Source: Erysipelotrichaceae bacterium (lineage in GTDB: Bacteria; Bacillota_I; Bacilli_A; Erysipelotrichales; Erysipelotrichaceae). Taken from it: a DNA stretch of 50,703 bases. A model generated the notes under the pieces. That model saw nothing but the letters and a program-made list of their open reading frames with translations. It did not search any database and was not told the origin of the DNA. Each line of letters starts with the position of its first letter. Position 1 is the first letter of the stretch. Positions 1 to 9,155 of this stretch are shown here, piece by piece. The DNA lies in NCBI GenBank assembly GCA_017397025.1, contig JAFQKG010000131.1:1-50703 (forward strand), written 5' to 3'. The position numbers and the translations under genes were made by a program.

Positions 1-57
1 AAATTGACTTTTGGTTCAAAAGTTCTTTTTGTCGTGAAGATCTCGTTGTATTCTAAC

Positions 58-110
58 AAAAAAAGAAGCAGTCTACGATGATAAGTGATTCTTACTCGTA
101 TTACTGCTTC
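58..110 (-). terminator. Rho-independent terminator downstream of dapF
   Basis: Minus-strand RNA forms GAAGCAGU (110-103) paired with ACUGCUUC (72-65), followed by U7 (64-58). The long inner region is partly paired (TACGA/TCGTA, TAAG/CTTA). The 5' arm overlaps the dapF stop codon. Confidence 0.5.
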
Positions 111-856
111 TCTATTTCCACCTTTAACTTAATGACATTGCATTTTAAAGCGTTTTCATTTATTTCGCACATAAAAATAAAGTTTGCAGGACCAGTCATT
201 GTTTTTGATTTTACATCCACAATGACATCTCCTCCTAGATTATGAACTACTATTTTTCCTTTTGTTTTTTTCTCGCTATTCATTTTCCATGCTGATGCTA
301 CACTTCCAGATCCACACGCCAGAGTTAATCCTGCTCCTCTTTCAATTGTTTTTATACTGATTTCATGTTCATTAATCCACTTGACAAAATTTAGATTGTA
401 GTCATTGTTTTGTGTATTTTCAAATTCATGAAAATTATTAACTTCAATCACTTTGTGTTTGCTTCCACACACATAAATCATTTCTGATTCACAGCCACTG
501 CCTTTCATACTTATTTCAGGTATGGTCACTGTAACTTCATTGTTCTTGATTTCACAGTGCACTTTCCACTTGCTGCAGATAACGGCAAATTCATCTGTCT
601 CAACTATTTGATTCATTCTGCAGTATTTCGCAAAGCATCTCATACCATTGCCGCAAAATGGACTTCTTGATCCATCAGAATTATAGTAAATAAATTCTAA
701 AGGATTCTGTTTCACTACAATCAAACCATCTGCTCCAATTCCATAGTGACGATTGCATAACTTTTTTGCCAATTCAGCAATTTCTCTATTGTTGATTTCT
801 TTTTCATCAATAAGAATAAAGTCATTTCCACAACCTTCCATCTTTGTACACTTCAT
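101..856 (-). CDS. dapF: Diaminopimelate epimerase
   Basis: 251 aa. N-terminus MKCTKMEGCGNDFILID, plus both catalytic-Cys motifs (FCGNGMRC and LACGSGS) typical of DapF. Confidence 0.9.
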   Translation of the reverse strand: MKCTKMEGCGNDFILIDEKEINNREIAELAKKLCNRHYGIGADGLIVVKQNPLEFIYYNSDGSRSPFCGNGMRCFAKYCRMNQIVETDEFAVICSKWKVHCEIKNNEVTVTIPEISMKGSGCESEMIYVCGSKHKVIEVNNFHEFENTQNNDYNLNFVKWINEHEISIKTIERGAGLTLACGSGSVASAWKMNSEKKTKGKIVVHNLGGDVIVDVKSKTMTGPANFIFMCEINENALKCNVIKLKVEIEKQ

Positions 857-943
857 ATCTATTTCACTCCACTTTTTACCACTTAACTGTATTCTATTCT
901 TTTTTTCACAATTCTGTTACACAAATCCTCTTTTTTAGTTTAG

Positions 944-972
944 AAAAGGTCCAGATTGCTTCCAGACCTTTT
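944..972 (-). terminator. Putative terminator after the ABC permease gene
   Basis: AAAAGGUCUGG / CUGGACCUUUU stem (two G-U pairs) with a 7-nt loop, followed by a U-rich tail. Lies 10 nt past the permease stop. Confidence 0.4.
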
Positions 973-981
973 GTTTGTTGT

Positions 982-2637
982 TTACAATGTAAATTCGTAA
1001 TTGCCTTTTGATACTTTGAACAGAATTCCAAGCACAACCACCGCAGAAAGCAGCAGGATGGTCGACATTGCTGATGCAACCCCGAAGTTTCCTTTACAGA
1101 TTTCGGTATAAATTTTAATTGACATTGTCACCGTCTTGAAATTATAGACCATCAATGAGGATGAAAGTTCTGTAATGCTTGCGATAAAGCTCAAAAGTGC
1201 ACCTGGGAGTACCCCAGAGAACAGCATTGGGAATGTGACCCTAATAAATGTTCTAAATGGATTTGCACCAAGTGATTGTGCTGCTTCTTCGACAGAAATA
1301 GATATGTTATGCAATACCCCAGTCGTCGATCGAATTGTATATGGTAATCTTCGGATAACCCAAACAGAAATAACAAGTGCAGCTGTTCCATTCAGATAGA
1401 AAGGAGCACCATTAAATGCCAGTACCATTGCAATACCTAATACAGTACCAGGCACAACCAATGGGAACATTGTTAATGTATCAGCGGTTTTTGTCAACGC
1501 AGAGCGATGACGAACATTTGCATAAGAAATGATAACCGCAATGACAACAATCAGTACAATCGCTACTAAACCATAAGCATAGGTTCTCTGAATTGAATCC
1601 CCTAGTCGCGTAATCGCTGTTCTGTAAGAATCCAGTGAATACCCTGGCAAGAAGAGGAATCCAGATGCTTTCTGGAATGAATTGTATGCAACCACAAAGA
1701 TTGGGCAAACTGCCAATGTTGTCATCAAATAGATATACGCATGTGTCACAACCGCAATAATTCCCTTTGGCTTTTTCTGTTCAATTGGGTGCAGTGCATT
1801 CATTTCGACAATTCTTCTTGAAGCAAGCCATCTTTGAACCATGAACAGACATGATGTGAAAATCAGTGTAATAGAAGCCATTGCTGAAGCAAGCGTAGCA
1901 TCTCGTGATACTTCACCTAAAAATGCAGTATAAATCAATGTCCCCATCACGTTGTATCCTTCCCCAATCAAAGAAGAAGTACCATAGTCTGCAAAGCAAT
2001 GCATAAATGTTAAAAGTGCAGTTGATAAAACAGTTGGGAGAATCAGCGGAATAATAATCTTAACAATTCTTCGAATACCATAGCAGCCTAGATTTGCAGC
2101 CGCTTCATTCAAAGTTGCATCAACATTCTTCAAAGCTCCAGAAATGTACATGTACATCGTCATTGTGGAATGACAAACAAAAGTAAAGACAATGCCCCAG
2201 AAACCATAAATCCCTGGAAATATAAATCCAAATGTATTTTTCAGCCATGTTGTTACCCATCCAACACGCCCAAACAACAAAATCCAGCTATATCCACCTA
2301 AAAATGGAGGGGTAATTGTAGAAACAAGAAGCAGAATATCAACAATCTTTTTCCCTTTGATTTTGAAGTAGCGCATAATCATCGCAAAGGTTGTTCCTGT
2401 GCAGATAGCAATCAAAGTTGTTACCGTCGATACTTTAAAGCTGTTAATTACAGCCTGCATATAATATTTAGTCGCAAAGAATCTTTTGAATGGTTCAAGA
2501 TTAAATCCACTTCCTGTCCAGATTGCTCCAACAATCAAACGGAATAATGGAAAAAGAAAAAAGAACGCAAATGAAGAAAATGAAACAAGAGCCAATAAGT
2601 TCCATGCAGTAAAATCACGAGTATGCTTTCTTCTCAT
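982..2637 (-). CDS. ABC importer permease with two fused transmembrane domains (FbpB/ThiP-like)
   Basis: 551 aa and very hydrophobic, with about 12 TM segments, matching the duplicated permease of iron(III)/thiamine-type importers. The start ATG shares one base with the upstream ATPase stop (TGATG). Confidence 0.85.
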   Translation of the reverse strand: MRRKHTRDFTAWNLLALVSFSSFAFFFLFPLFRLIVGAIWTGSGFNLEPFKRFFATKYYMQAVINSFKVSTVTTLIAICTGTTFAMIMRYFKIKGKKIVDILLLVSTITPPFLGGYSWILLFGRVGWVTTWLKNTFGFIFPGIYGFWGIVFTFVCHSTMTMYMYISGALKNVDATLNEAAANLGCYGIRRIVKIIIPLILPTVLSTALLTFMHCFADYGTSSLIGEGYNVMGTLIYTAFLGEVSRDATLASAMASITLIFTSCLFMVQRWLASRRIVEMNALHPIEQKKPKGIIAVVTHAYIYLMTTLAVCPIFVVAYNSFQKASGFLFLPGYSLDSYRTAITRLGDSIQRTYAYGLVAIVLIVVIAVIISYANVRHRSALTKTADTLTMFPLVVPGTVLGIAMVLAFNGAPFYLNGTAALVISVWVIRRLPYTIRSTTGVLHNISISVEEAAQSLGANPFRTFIRVTFPMLFSGVLPGALLSFIASITELSSSLMVYNFKTVTMSIKIYTEICKGNFGVASAMSTILLLSAVVVLGILFKVSKGNYEFTL

Positions 2638-3710
2638 CAGCCAGCATCCTCCATGATTGACATGTTCTTGCCTTCTGCTTCAAATACATTGACTACTTCT
2701 ACAGGGAATGACAAATGAACCTGTTCACCGATTTCTTTCATGTGTTCATTGACATCTCTTGTTACCACTAAATCTCCAATGTTTGTTTTTACTGTGTATG
2801 TTGTGATTGTTCCAAAGAAAATACGTTCTATTACAACGCCTTCAATCCCCTGATTTTCAAAAGTGAAATCATTTGGACGTACAACCAGTTTTCCTTTTGT
2901 TACATGGTTCACATTGTTGATTCGATCAAAATGGCGAGTCACCTTTGTTCCAGTCACTGTAACATCCTGCAAATCAATATCAACTTCCAGAATGTTGGTC
3001 TGCCCCATAAATGTTGCTACAAACAGATTTCTTGGTTTGCGATAAATCTTAACTGGCTCATCTATCTGCTGAATTTCTCCTTTATGCATAACAGCGATAC
3101 GATCAGAAATCGCCAAAGCTTCTTCCTGGTCATGTGTAACATAAATTGTTGTAATGCCTGCCTGCTGCTGAATATGACGAATAACACTTCTCATTTCAAC
3201 ACGAAGCTTAGCATCCAGATTGCTCAACGGTTCATCAAACAGAAGAACATCAGGGTTGATCACCATCGCACGAGCCAATGCAATACGCTGCTGCTGTCCA
3301 CCTGACATATTTGAAGGCATACGTTCAGCTAATTCTCGGATTTGAACTTTTTCCAAAACTTCATTCACTCGATTTGAAAGTTCAGGTTCTCTTACTTTTC
3401 TTTCCTTCAGCCCAAAAGCAATATTTTCTCTTGTGCTCATATGAGGGAAAACTGCATAGTTCTGGAATACCATCCCAATGTTGCGTTTGTGAGGAGGAAG
3501 ATCATTGATGACTTTCTCATCAAATTTAATCAAACCGCCTTCAATCGTATTAAACCCTGCAATCATTCTTAATAATGTTGTTTTTCCACATCCTGATGGT
3601 CCCAGCAAGGTAAAGAATTCACCTGGCTTAATCTGAGCAGACAAATCCTCAATGACAACATTCTTTCCATAAGCTTTTTTAGCATGTTCAATATTAATTG
3701 TAATACTCAT
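2637..3710 (-). CDS. ABC transporter ATP-binding protein (PotA/FbpC class)
   Basis: Walker [10 protein letters not shown], signature SGGQQQR, Walker [10 protein letters not shown], and a C-terminal regulatory extension of about 120 aa. Confidence 0.9.
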   Translation of the reverse strand: MSITINIEHAKKAYGKNVVIEDLSAQIKPGEFFTLLGPSGCGKTTLLRMIAGFNTIEGGLIKFDEKVINDLPPHKRNIGMVFQNYAVFPHMSTRENIAFGLKERKVREPELSNRVNEVLEKVQIRELAERMPSNMSGGQQQRIALARAMVINPDVLLFDEPLSNLDAKLRVEMRSVIRHIQQQAGITTIYVTHDQEEALAISDRIAVMHKGEIQQIDEPVKIYRKPRNLFVATFMGQTNILEVDIDLQDVTVTGTKVTRHFDRINNVNHVTKGKLVVRPNDFTFENQGIEGVVIERIFFGTITTYTVKTNIGDLVVTRDVNEHMKEIGEQVHLSFPVEVVNVFEAEGKNMSIMEDAG

Positions 3711-3730
3711 AATTTTTCATCTCCTCATGA

Positions 3731-3766
3731 AAGAAAAACCGGAATAATGGATTATTCCGGTTTTTT
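3731..3766 (-). terminator. Strong hairpin between the binding-protein and ATPase genes (intra-operon attenuator/terminator)
   Basis: AAAAACCGGAATAAT / ATTATTCCGGTTTTT near-perfect inverted repeat, flanked by A-run and T-run, so it is potentially bidirectional. Confidence 0.6.
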
Positions 3767-3784
3767 ATCGTTTGTTAATTCTGA

Positions 3785-4837
3785 TTAAGAACCGAAGTTG
3801 ATTTCTTCAAGCAGAGCCTGATATTTTGCAACGATTTCTTCTTTGTGTTCAGAAGTCCAAGTTGAGTTGCAGTCCAGAATCTTAGCATTTGACAAACCAA
3901 TGTCATTGTATTCAGGAATTTCAACATCTGTACGCAGTGTCATCTGACCAGGTACTGTTACAGCGATTTCTGCCCATTCCTTAGAAGTGATGAAGTCAAT
4001 GTATGCTTTTGCCTGTTCTGGGTGTTTGCAGTTCTTAATGATACCAGGACCGCCAGTCTTAGTAACAACGCCTTCTTCCATGCAGACAGCCTTAACATTT
4101 GTTGCACCATCGTTGATGATTGTCAAAGCACCAACATCATAAGTCAAACCAACCCAATATTCACCACTTGCTACGCCTTTGTAAACAGCAGAAGATGAGT
4201 CAACAATCTTGCCATCCAGATTGTTCAGGAATTTTTCTACATAATCCCATCCCTGTTCAGTATCAACACCCTGATTTTCAGGATCAGAACCCATTGCCAG
4301 AAGCATATTTTCAAGATGATAGTAAGCAGAGTTAGACTTGATAGCGTTACCCATTGCGATATGTCCCTTTAATGCAGGGTCCAGCAAATCTGCATAACCC
4401 TTGATTTCAATTGGACACAGATCAGTATTGTAAATCAAAACAGATGTATTACCGCTATTGCTGTGTGACAAGAATGATGGGTCAACAACAGCTGGGTCAT
4501 ATTCATCATAATGAGCACCTTGATAAGGTTCAAACAGATCAGGGTCAGAATGGATTTCAGCCCATCCACCGCAGCTCATAACATCAGCCTGAGGATCTTC
4601 TCTTTCAGCCTGAGCTTTTGCGAAACCTTCTGCAGAAGCAAAAGATACGAACTGAGCATCAATTCCTGTTGCTTCTTCAAATGCTGGTTCTAACAAATCA
4701 AGAATTTCCTGGTTGGAACTAGTGTAAACGACTACGATGTTTTCTTCATCTTCGCCTCCACCGCCGTTGCTGTTTCCGCATGCCGCAAGACCAAACACCA
4801 TCATGAGCGCAAGCAGAACTACTAATACTTTTTTCAT
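3785..4837 (-). CDS. ABC importer substrate-binding lipoprotein (family-1 SBP, iron(III)/thiamine/polyamine-like)
   Basis: Signal peptide with lipobox MKKVLVVLLALMMVFGLAAC. I chose the ATG at 4837 because GGAGG (complement of 4846-4850) precedes it. The ORF-track N-terminal extension would run through the predicted promoter. Confidence 0.85.
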   Translation of the reverse strand: MKKVLVVLLALMMVFGLAACGNSNGGGGEDEENIVVVYTSSNQEILDLLEPAFEEATGIDAQFVSFASAEGFAKAQAEREDPQADVMSCGGWAEIHSDPDLFEPYQGAHYDEYDPAVVDPSFLSHSNSGNTSVLIYNTDLCPIEIKGYADLLDPALKGHIAMGNAIKSNSAYYHLENMLLAMGSDPENQGVDTEQGWDYVEKFLNNLDGKIVDSSSAVYKGVASGEYWVGLTYDVGALTIINDGATNVKAVCMEEGVVTKTGGPGIIKNCKHPEQAKAYIDFITSKEWAEIAVTVPGQMTLRTDVEIPEYNDIGLSNAKILDCNSTWTSEHKEEIVAKYQALLEEINFGS

Positions 4838-4880
4838 TATCTTTTCCTCCTTTTTAAGATAGTGATTTCTTCTTGAATTC

Positions 4881-4909
4881 ATCTTAACACTTATATTTTT
4901 TATGTGCAA
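4881..4909 (-). promoter_or_regulatory. Putative sigma-A promoter of the ABC importer operon
   Basis: Minus strand reads TTGCAC, 17 nt, TAAGAT (-35 at 4904-4909, -10 at 4881-4886). Confidence 0.4.
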
Positions 4910-4992
4910 GCGCTTTCATCGCCTTTTTTTACTATTTTTTAACACATTCTTAACAGATGAAATATTCCTCGTTTGTTTCATGAAATGTTTTT

Positions 4993-5020
4993 CAAAAAAG
5001 ACTTGGATATTTCCAAGTCT
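4993..5020 (-). terminator. Rho-independent terminator of the M32 carboxypeptidase gene
   Basis: AGACTTGG / CCAAGTCT 8-bp stem with a 6-nt loop, followed by UUUUUUG on the minus-strand RNA. Overlaps the TAG stop. Confidence 0.6.
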
Positions 5021-6497
5021 AATTTAAATGATATAGCTTTGTGTATTTATCTTTCAGATAATCAACGTAATATTTTGGGTTAAAACTTTCACCCATCATC
5101 TTATTCAACAGTTCATCCGTTGTATAGATAGCCCCATACTGATGAATGTGTTTATCCAAATACTGTCCAATTGGTTTTAAATCACCTTTTAATAGAAGAC
5201 CTTCTACATCAAGCTCTTTGTTCATTGCAAACATAATCTGTGATGCTATGGCACTTCCAATCGCATAGCTAGGGAAATAGCCAAAACTTCCGCCTGACCA
5301 GTGAACATCCTGCAACACGCCTTGTGCATCACTAGGCACTTCAATACCTAGAAAGTCTTTTACTTTCTCATTCCACACCTTTGGAAGATCATCCACAATG
5401 ATTTCATCGTTAAAAAGCATTTGTTCAATTTCGTAGCGAATCATAATGTGTAAAGGATACGTAAGTTCATCTGCTTCTGTTCGAATCAAAGATGCTTCAG
5501 CTCGATTGATGTAGTTCATAAACTCATCTAAATCCATAGTTAATCCATAGGACTGATTCAAATCAGAAAAAATAGGAACCCAGAATGATTTTGAACGTCC
5601 AATCAAATTTTCATAGAAGCGTGACTGACTTTCATGCACACCCATACTTGCTCCGCCAGCTACTGCCGTATATTCTAAATCTTTTGAAACACCCCGTTCA
5701 TACATGCCGTGTCCACCTTCGTGAATCGTTGAAAACAAAGCACTTTCCAGCTTATCCTCATAATAATGATTGGTGAATCGAACATCATTGCGATTCAAGT
5801 TTGTGGTAAATGGATGCTCAGAGCGTTTAATCACACCTCTGCTTAAATCAAAACCAATGTATTCTGCCAGCTTTTTGTTGTATTTTTCCTGTACATCTGC
5901 ATCCACCTTTCCTTCATAAGGTTTCTTATAGTCAATGCCAGATTCCTGAATTCTTTTCAGCATTGGTACGATTTCACTTTTCAACAACCCAAAAAATTCA
6001 TTCAGCTTTTCTGTTGTAAATCCTTTTTCATACTGATTCAAAACCACGTCATAAAGACATGCTTCATCTGTTCTGGTATATCCTGCAAATTTCTTTTCAT
6101 AACTGACAATTTCTTTTAAAGTTCCTTTGAATAAATCAAAGTTGTTTTCTCGCTTGGCTTTTGCCCAGATATTTTGAGAACGCGAAAGAATTGCCTGATA
6201 CGCTAAATATTCATTTTGAGGAATCTTCGCCATGCGATCCAAATCTTTTTTCATTTCGCGCACAATGGCTTTATCCCTTACAGAAAGCTCTTGCTGATTC
6301 AAATCTTCCAGTCCTGCTTTTAGAACCGGATCTGTCATCTTAGCATAATACAGACCACTCAAATATTCTATCATTTCGCCAAGACCTTCCTGTCCGCCTT
6401 CAGGAGTTTCTGTTTCCTGATCCCAGCTGGCAAGTGTCAAAAATTTTCCTAAAAGAGAAATTTCTTTCCCCATCTTTAACAATTCATTCATTTCCAT
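5019..6497 (-). CDS. Carboxypeptidase, peptidase family M32 (Taq-type)
   Basis: 492 aa. HEGGHGMYE zinc motif (HExxH), SEHPFTT, LIRTEADELTY and GVLQDVHWS motifs characteristic of M32. Confidence 0.9.
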   Translation of the reverse strand: MEMNELLKMGKEISLLGKFLTLASWDQETETPEGGQEGLGEMIEYLSGLYYAKMTDPVLKAGLEDLNQQELSVRDKAIVREMKKDLDRMAKIPQNEYLAYQAILSRSQNIWAKAKRENNFDLFKGTLKEIVSYEKKFAGYTRTDEACLYDVVLNQYEKGFTTEKLNEFFGLLKSEIVPMLKRIQESGIDYKKPYEGKVDADVQEKYNKKLAEYIGFDLSRGVIKRSEHPFTTNLNRNDVRFTNHYYEDKLESALFSTIHEGGHGMYERGVSKDLEYTAVAGGASMGVHESQSRFYENLIGRSKSFWVPIFSDLNQSYGLTMDLDEFMNYINRAEASLIRTEADELTYPLHIMIRYEIEQMLFNDEIIVDDLPKVWNEKVKDFLGIEVPSDAQGVLQDVHWSGGSFGYFPSYAIGSAIASQIMFAMNKELDVEGLLLKGDLKPIGQYLDKHIHQYGAIYTTDELLNKMMGESFNPKYYVDYLKDKYTKLYHLN

Positions 6498-6516
6498 ACT
6501 TCTTCACCTCATGTTT

Positions 6517-6545
6517 ATTATAGACAGTTGTCCTTTGAAATACAA
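6517..6545 (-). promoter_or_regulatory. Putative sigma-A promoter of the carboxypeptidase gene
   Basis: Minus strand reads TTGTAT, 17 nt, TATAAT (-10 at 6517-6522). Confidence 0.45.
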
Positions 6546-6583
6546 ATTTATAAAGAGTGATAACTCCCTTGAATCATCACTCT
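6546..6583 (-). terminator. Putative terminator after the small membrane protein gene
   Basis: AAGAGTGAT / ATCACTCTT 9-bp stem with a 13-nt loop and a U/A-rich tail (UAUAAAUUU). The T-tract is imperfect. Confidence 0.4.
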
Positions 6584-6858
6584 TATCTCAATTCATCATC
6601 CCATGAAGGCTCATTCCATAAGTTCCATTTCTTTTTAGGTTTTGGATCATTGATAGATTCTTTTGCTTCATGCTCATAACATTCTTTATTTTTGCTGCTG
6701 TAGCTTTCAAAAATGTCTTTTTTTGGCAGTGAAATACTATCCCATGGACGGTTGACTCGCTGCGTTCTTCGATGACGTTTTATCTTCGCAATATCAAACG
6801 CCACTGCAAAACAGATAACAAACAAAATGGTTGGAAATAGCACAATTATTCCTGACAT
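6583..6858 (-). CDS. Small membrane-anchored protein, function unknown
   Basis: 91 aa. One N-terminal TM helix (IIVLFPTILFVICFAVAF) followed by a charged tail. A strong RBS (AGGAGGGAG) lies 19 nt after the ispF stop. Confidence 0.6.
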   Translation of the reverse strand: MSGIIVLFPTILFVICFAVAFDIAKIKRHRRTQRVNRPWDSISLPKKDIFESYSSKNKECYEHEAKESINDPKPKKKWNLWNEPSWDDELR

Positions 6859-6877
6859 CTTTCTCCCTCCTAAGATT

Positions 6878-7354
6878 TTAATTGCTTTCTACCAGCACTA
6901 CCGCCTGTGCAAGTACACCTTCTTCTCTACCGACAAAACCCATTTTTTCACCTCGCGTTGCCTTCACATTCACGAAGTCCACCTCAACTTTAAGTGCTTC
7001 TGCAATATTTTTTCTCATTTGTTCAATATGAGGGGCCATCTTAGGACGTTCAATCATCACAAGCGAATCTACATTGACTACATGATACCCCTTCTGTTTC
7101 AGAAGCTCATTGCAGCCAGCTAGAATTTTAAGTGAATCAGCACCCTTCCATTTTGGATCTGTATCTGGAAAATATTTCCCTAAATCTCCTAATGCAACCG
7201 AGCCTAAAATTGCTTCTGCAATCGCATGAAGCAAAGCATCTGCATCACTATGCCCGAGCAATCCTTTATGATGGGCAATCTTGACTCCGCCAAGAATCAA
7301 CTCTCTTCCCTCTACCAGCTGATGAATGTCGCTGGACTGTCCAATACGAATCAT
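6878..7354 (-). CDS. ispF: 2-C-methyl-D-erythritol 2,4-cyclodiphosphate synthase
   Basis: 158 aa. MIRIGQSSDIHQL and GHSDADALLHAI motifs. Typical IspF length. Confidence 0.92.
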   Translation of the reverse strand: MIRIGQSSDIHQLVEGRELILGGVKIAHHKGLLGHSDADALLHAIAEAILGSVALGDLGKYFPDTDPKWKGADSLKILAGCNELLKQKGYHVVNVDSLVMIERPKMAPHIEQMRKNIAEALKVEVDFVNVKATRGEKMGFVGREEGVLAQAVVLVESN

Positions 7355-7414
7355 GGTTATCCCTCATTTCCAATTTCAGTGTACTGAATCTCACTTCTCT
7401 TTTCAAGTTTTTTC

Positions 7415-7423
7415 TGATATGAT
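7415..7423 (+). promoter_or_regulatory. Putative extended -10 promoter for the PfkB kinase gene
   Basis: TGaTATGAT lies 19 nt upstream of the ATG, and the RBS AAGAGGGAA follows. No good -35 element. Confidence 0.35.
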
Positions 7424-7441
7424 GGTCAAGAGGGAATCATC

Positions 7442-8302
7442 ATGGGAAAAATTGGCATCATAGGAACTGTCATGATTGATCAGATCATGCAGGCAAGATA
7501 TAAAATTGGAGAAGGGCGCTGTAACAAAATGAATTGTACAGTGGCTTTTGGGGGAGCCATGAGAAACGTTGCATGGAATCTTGGACTTTTGCACCATGAA
7601 GTTCATTTCATCACTAAAATGGGAAATGACATGGCAGCAATCGAAGCTCAAAAGGATTTGGAAAAAAATCATGTTTTTGTTTATCCAGTTCCATACGATG
7701 GCCCCACGCCTATGTTTATTTCTGCCTTTGATGCAGAAAAAGAACTGATGTTTTCCACCATCAAAGAAGATTATTATGTAGATAAAGAAGATTTATTCCA
7801 AACAGTTGCGATCAACACCTGTGAATATGGCATTACCGATCGTACTGATGCATCCTTTTTAAGAAAACTGTTCGATCGTACCCCTAATGTTAAATGGATT
7901 TTGTGCGGTCCTGTTTCATCCTCACAAATCATCCCTCATGCACACGGAATGATACTTAACCGTTACGAAATGCTTTCCATCACTAAAGATCAAAACATTG
8001 ATGCAGCTGCACAACAGATGATTCTTTCCGGTCTGGATTGGCTGGTTGTAACGCTGGATCGTGAAGGTGCCATGTTTTATGACAAAAAGGGTGCTCACTA
8101 TTATCCAATTGAAGAAAAGATGGCATACAGCACTCTAGGATGTGGAGATGCCTTTATTTCAGGATTCGTGCATGCTCTTTGTGAAAAGAAAAGTCTTCAT
8201 GAATGCATGCTGACAGGCTTAGAAGCATCAGACATCATTCTTCGAGTCCCTGCTTCGACTCATCCAAATCTGCTTCAGCTCATCAACGAAAGCATTAAAT
8301 AA
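7442..8302 (+). CDS. PfkB-family sugar/nucleoside kinase (pseudouridine/ribokinase-like)
   Basis: 286 aa. N-terminal GTVMID...GGAMRNVAWNL and C-terminal GCGDAF (PfkB signature 2). Substrate not assignable. Confidence 0.8.
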   Translation: MGKIGIIGTVMIDQIMQARYKIGEGRCNKMNCTVAFGGAMRNVAWNLGLLHHEVHFITKMGNDMAAIEAQKDLEKNHVFVYPVPYDGPTPMFISAFDAEKELMFSTIKEDYYVDKEDLFQTVAINTCEYGITDRTDASFLRKLFDRTPNVKWILCGPVSSSQIIPHAHGMILNRYEMLSITKDQNIDAAAQQMILSGLDWLVVTLDREGAMFYDKKGAHYYPIEEKMAYSTLGCGDAFISGFVHALCEKKSLHECMLTGLEASDIILRVPASTHPNLLQLINESIK

Positions 8303-8314
8303 TTATGATTTGAG

Positions 8315-8338
8315 ACAGGCTCACCTGCCTGTTTTTTT
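8315..8338 (+). terminator. Rho-independent terminator of the kinase gene
   Basis: ACAGGC-tcacct-GCCTGT followed by T7. Confidence 0.7.
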
Positions 8339-8406
8339 ATGCAACATGCTGTTGCTTGTCGGTGAACTTCTAAAATGTGTACAATATTTGAAAAGGAGAT
8401 GATGAA

Positions 8407-9066
8407 ATGGAAACAAAAGATATTCTGTTTGAACTTCGCACTAAAAACAGATTGTCACAAGATGAACTTGCTGAAAAAGTATTTGTTACCCGTCAAGCTG
8501 TATCGCGCTGGGAAACAGGTGAAACAACTCCAAATATTGAAACGCTAAAAGCATTATCAAAACTCTACGATGTTTCAATCAATACACTTTTAGGTTCTCC
8601 AAGACAAATGATTTGTCATTGCTGCGGCATGATACTTGATGATTCTACTACCAGCAAAGAAATCAATGGATGCTTTAATGAAGATTACTGCAAATGGTGC
8701 TATAACCAGGGGGATTTTACTCTTGATTTCTGGAAAAGATACAAAGAACTTGGTGGAGAGGATATGTTTCAAGATTACAAAAATCAGTTAATCCACGAAA
8801 TCAACTCCCTCCATATTGAAGGATTGCCAAAAATTGATCATCTGAATGTCCTTTCAGGAAGTTTCATTAATCTTGAATATAGACTTCCTAATGGATCTAT
8901 CATTCAATTCTTAGATGATGATGCCACCTATTTAGCTAATCAGATGCCTTGTGAATTTGGTGGCAGCAGATGTTTTGGAATAGCCGCAAACATGGATTTT
9001 CTTCTTGTCTGTAGTTACGAAAAGAATGGCGAAAATCCTGAATTAGTGATTTTTAAAAAAAGGTAA
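8407..9066 (+). CDS. XRE-family HTH regulator with a central Cys4 zinc-ribbon and an uncharacterised C-terminal domain
   Basis: N-terminal LSQDELAEKVFVTRQAVSRWETGETTP (HTH_3). Then CHCCGM...YCKWCY (putative zinc ribbon). About 110 further aa carry no motif I recognise. RBS AAGGAG. Confidence 0.75.
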   Translation: METKDILFELRTKNRLSQDELAEKVFVTRQAVSRWETGETTPNIETLKALSKLYDVSINTLLGSPRQMICHCCGMILDDSTTSKEINGCFNEDYCKWCYNQGDFTLDFWKRYKELGGEDMFQDYKNQLIHEINSLHIEGLPKIDHLNVLSGSFINLEYRLPNGSIIQFLDDDATYLANQMPCEFGGSRCFGIAANMDFLLVCSYEKNGENPELVIFKKR

Positions 9067-9155
9067 TTGTATTTTGTGAAAATTCATGAAACAATTTCCA
9101 TTCATTGTATTTCATTCTCCTGAGCTTTATAATAGAAGCAGTTAGGAGATGTATT

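Noticed and set aside
951-967. Direct repeat TCCAGA...TCCAGA inside the hairpin downstream of the ABC permease.
   Set aside because: It is a by-product of the G-U-containing terminator stem. It is too short to be meaningful.
3731-3766. Shared AAAAACCGGAAT...ATTCCGGTTTTT core between this hairpin and the nusG terminator (30519-30547), as a possible repeat family (REP/MITE-like).
   Set aside because: Only two copies are present. The similarity is confined to about 12 nt of generic GC-clamped terminator stem, and both sit exactly at gene ends. I read them as independent terminators.
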